Shown piece by piece: positions 48,866-51,082 of a DNA stretch of 51,082 bases. The DNA comes from Pseudomonadota bacterium (GTDB lineage Bacteria; Pseudomonadota; Gammaproteobacteria; Burkholderiales; Burkholderiaceae_C), in NCBI GenBank assembly GCA_041176905.1, contig JBEDCE010000001.1:1-51082 (forward strand), in the 5' to 3' direction. Made by a program: the position numbers and the translations under genes. Under the pieces are notes generated by a model. That model was not told the origin of the DNA. It made no database searches and was given only the letters and a program-made list of their open reading frames with translations. Each line of letters begins with the position of its first letter. Within the stretch, counting starts at the first letter, position 1.

Positions 48866-48979
48866 ATGAACTCCAACGAACAAAAACAGCGCAACCGCCG
48901 CTTGGGCCTGACCCTGGCGTCGGTGGCCTTGGTGTTTTTCGCGGGTTTTGTGGCCAAGATGGTCATGTTCGGCGCTTAA
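48866..48979 (+). CDS. Cytochrome oxidase small assembly protein, 37 aa (below the ORF-track cutoff)
   Basis: MNSNEQKQRNRRLGLTLASVALVFFAGFVAKMVMFGA; single TM helix between coxA and ctaG. Confidence 0.75.
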   Translation: MNSNEQKQRNRRLGLTLASVALVFFAGFVAKMVMFGA

Positions 48980-49004
48980 GCCCGACTCACTGAGCAACAA
49001 CCCC

Positions 49005-49607
49005 ATGGCACTTCGACGCGAAAACTTCAAGATGGTGGGCAAGCTCGGCGTCATCACGCTGGGCATGTTCGCCTTCGGTTACGCCTTGGTGCCGATTTAC
49101 CGCGCCATTTGCGAAGTCACGGGCATCAACATTCTGGCGATGTCCGAACAAACCATTCCCGGTACCAAGTACAACTTGCCGGCCAATACCCAAGTCGATA
49201 CCAGCCGCCTCATCACGGTTGAATTCGATGTGAACACGCGCGGCCCTTGGGACTTCAAGCCCGAGCGTCGCTCGATGCAGGTTCACCCTGGCGCTTTGAA
49301 CACCGTCATGTACGAGTTCAAGAACATCCAAAACCGCACCATGGCTGCTCAAGCGATCCCGAGTTATGCACCGTCTCAATCGGCGGCGCACTTCAACAAG
49401 CTCGAGTGTTTTTGCTTCACGCAATACACCCTGCAGCCTGGCGAAGCGAAATCTTGGCCCGTGGCTTTTGTCATTGATCCCCGCATATCCAAAGACGTGA
49501 CCACCATCACCCTGTCCTACACCTTCTTTGAGGTGGGTGGGCGTGTGCCAGCAGCCCCTGCAGGCTCGGCTGCGTTGTCGGCGCCAAAAGCTGCGGGAGC
49601 GGTGTGA
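49005..49607 (+). CDS. ctaG: Cox11/CtaG copper insertion protein
   Basis: F.FGYALVP.Y..IC..TG, KLECFCF, TLSYTFF. Confidence 0.95.
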   Translation: MALRRENFKMVGKLGVITLGMFAFGYALVPIYRAICEVTGINILAMSEQTIPGTKYNLPANTQVDTSRLITVEFDVNTRGPWDFKPERRSMQVHPGALNTVMYEFKNIQNRTMAAQAIPSYAPSQSAAHFNKLECFCFTQYTLQPGEAKSWPVAFVIDPRISKDVTTITLSYTFFEVGGRVPAAPAGSAALSAPKAAGAV

Positions 49608-49813
49608 TGGATGAGCCTGTGCACCAGCGCAAAGGTTCGTGGTGGGCCACCGTCAACGCGGTCTTGTGGGGGTTCTTGGGGGTTCGTCGCCAGTCCGACT
49701 ACCAGTCCGACATCGCCAAGCTCAATCCCTTGCACATCGTGGCGGTGGGCATTGTGATGGCTTTTTTGTTTGTTTTTGGTTTGATTGTCCTTGTCAACTG
49801 GGTAGCCGGTTGA
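49607..49813 (+). CDS. DUF2970 small membrane protein
   Basis: AVLW.F.GVR....Y..D...LNP.H. Confidence 0.8.
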   Translation: MDEPVHQRKGSWWATVNAVLWGFLGVRRQSDYQSDIAKLNPLHIVAVGIVMAFLFVFGLIVLVNWVAG

Positions 49814-49863
49814 TTTTTTGATTTTTTCTTTACACGTACACAACAAGCGCAACAGGAGTGAGC

Positions 49864-50745
49864 ATGTCTTCAGCAACACACGGCACGACGCCTTACTATT
49901 TCATCCCTGGTCCTTCACGGCACCCAGTGATGTCGGCTATCGGCCTGTTTTTTGTGATCCTTGGTGCGGGTCAGTGGGTCAACGGGGCTTCTTGGGGCGC
50001 TTATGCCTTGGCCTTTGGCTTGGTTTTCTGGCTCACCGTGCTGTTTCAATGGTTCCGCCAAGCGGCCATGGAAAGCGAGTCGGGTTTGTACGGTCACAAG
50101 GTTGACCTGTCGTACCGCTGGAGCATGAGCTGGTTCATCTTTTCGGAAGTGATGTTCTTCGGTGCTTTCTTCACCGCCCTTTGGTGGGCGCGCATGCATT
50201 CCTTGCCCGCGCTCGGCGGCATTGAAAACAGCTTGCTCTGGCCCGACTTCACGGCCGTGTGGCCCAGCGTCCAAGCCGGTGCCACTGCATCGCCTGGCGG
50301 TATCGTAGAGCCCTTTCAAACCATGGGTCCCTTCTGGTTGCCCACCATCAACACCGCTTTGCTGTTGACCTCAGGCGTGACCTTGACCATCGCCCACCAC
50401 GCCTTGCAAGAAGGCAACCGCAGCAAGACCATCACATTTATGTGGTTGACGGTGATCTTGGGTATCATTTTCTTGTGCGTGCAGGGCTACGAATACTTCC
50501 ACGCCTATACCGACCTCAACCTGAAGCTTTCCTCCGGCATTTTTGGGTCTACCTTCTTCATGCTCACAGGCTTCCACGGCTTTCACGTGTTCGTCGGCAT
50601 GTTGATGCTCTTGTTCATCACCCTGCGTTTGCAAAAAGGCCATTTCACCGCCAAGAGCCACTTTGGCTTTGAAGGTGCGGCTTGGTATTGGCACTTCGTG
50701 GACGTGGTCTGGTTGGGCCTCTACATCTTGGTGTACTGGCTCTGA
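49864..50745 (+). CDS. coxC: Cytochrome c oxidase subunit III
   Basis: FIFSEVMFF, NT.LLL.SG, TGFHG.HV, WYWHFVDVVWL. Confidence 0.97.
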   Translation: MSSATHGTTPYYFIPGPSRHPVMSAIGLFFVILGAGQWVNGASWGAYALAFGLVFWLTVLFQWFRQAAMESESGLYGHKVDLSYRWSMSWFIFSEVMFFGAFFTALWWARMHSLPALGGIENSLLWPDFTAVWPSVQAGATASPGGIVEPFQTMGPFWLPTINTALLLTSGVTLTIAHHALQEGNRSKTITFMWLTVILGIIFLCVQGYEYFHAYTDLNLKLSSGIFGSTFFMLTGFHGFHVFVGMLMLLFITLRLQKGHFTAKSHFGFEGAAWYWHFVDVVWLGLYILVYWL

Positions 50746-50760
50746 GCACAGCGCATCACC

Positions 50761-50794
50761 CAACAAAAAAGCGCCGTGAGGCGCTTTTTTGTTG
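50761..50794. terminator. Bidirectional intrinsic terminator
   Basis: CAACAAAAAAGCGCC-GTGA-GGCGCTTTTTTGTTG. Confidence 0.9.
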
Positions 50795-50807
50795 ATGGGG
50801 TGCCTGT

Positions 50808-51044
50808 TCACATGGGCACACCGGTGGGCTGGATCCAGCCCATGAAGTAGGCGAACAGCACGACCAAAAAGAGCAGAACCGAGAAACCGACCCGGAACGC
50901 CAAGGCTTTGGCCATGGGTTTGCTGCGTGAAACCTCTTGGGGGTTATCGGGGTCTAAAGGTCCAGAGCCGCGCATCATGAAGAAGAGGGCAGCGGCCAAG
51001 CTGCCCAGGATGGCCACAAAGGCGACAATCGCAAGGTAAGTCAT
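50808..51044 (-). CDS. Twin-transmembrane-helix small protein (DUF2909)
   Basis: I..SL..ALFFM, M..AL..RVG.S..LF, GWI.P; convergent on coxC. Confidence 0.8.
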   Translation of the reverse strand: MTYLAIVAFVAILGSLAAALFFMMRGSGPLDPDNPQEVSRSKPMAKALAFRVGFSVLLFLVVLFAYFMGWIQPTGVPM

Positions 51045-51082
51045 GCCGTTAATTATCGGCGTCTTTTTCAACAGGGGTGTTC

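Noticed and set aside
1-51082. CRISPR arrays, IS elements, prophage, rRNA
   Set aside because: No regularly spaced repeats, transposase, integrase, phage genes or rRNA signatures found by eye.

Overview
GC-rich chromosomal segment whose gene order and protein sequences point to a Betaproteobacterium, probably Comamonadaceae (inference). Most of it is core genome: soeC-sulP-pta, miaB with tRNA-Met, ychF, dusB-fis-purH, hemL-thiD-rubredoxin, photolyase, yqgE-yqgF-pyrR-pyrB-pyrC', fbpBC, MoxR-GNAT-VWA, cytochrome c4, trmL-comF-bioC and a heme-copper (aa3-like) cytochrome c oxidase operon. The main finding is a nine-gene copper-handling cluster at 30455-36141: DUF2946, PCuAC, DUF2946, Crp/Fnr-like regulator, PCuAC, YcnI, copper-uptake-associated protein, MbnP, MbnH. 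Both DUF2946 ORFs carry CxxC and end in ribosome-arrest-like motifs (RAPP, RGPP), and their last codons can base-pair with the next gene's Shine-Dalgarno. The second one gates a transcription factor with Cys in its recognition helix, which suggests a tandem translational-to-transcriptional copper cascade. Other candidates: a 25-aa Pro-Pro uORF in a structured leader upstream of ychF followed by a catalytically dead pseudouridine synthase; about eight genes with leaderless-promoter geometry; a 20-bp direct repeat bracketing two copper genes; a TetR-type operator palindrome; FNR boxes; and an orphan ccdAB at the 3' end of tRNA-Arg(CCT). All family calls come from motif recognition, not database searches.
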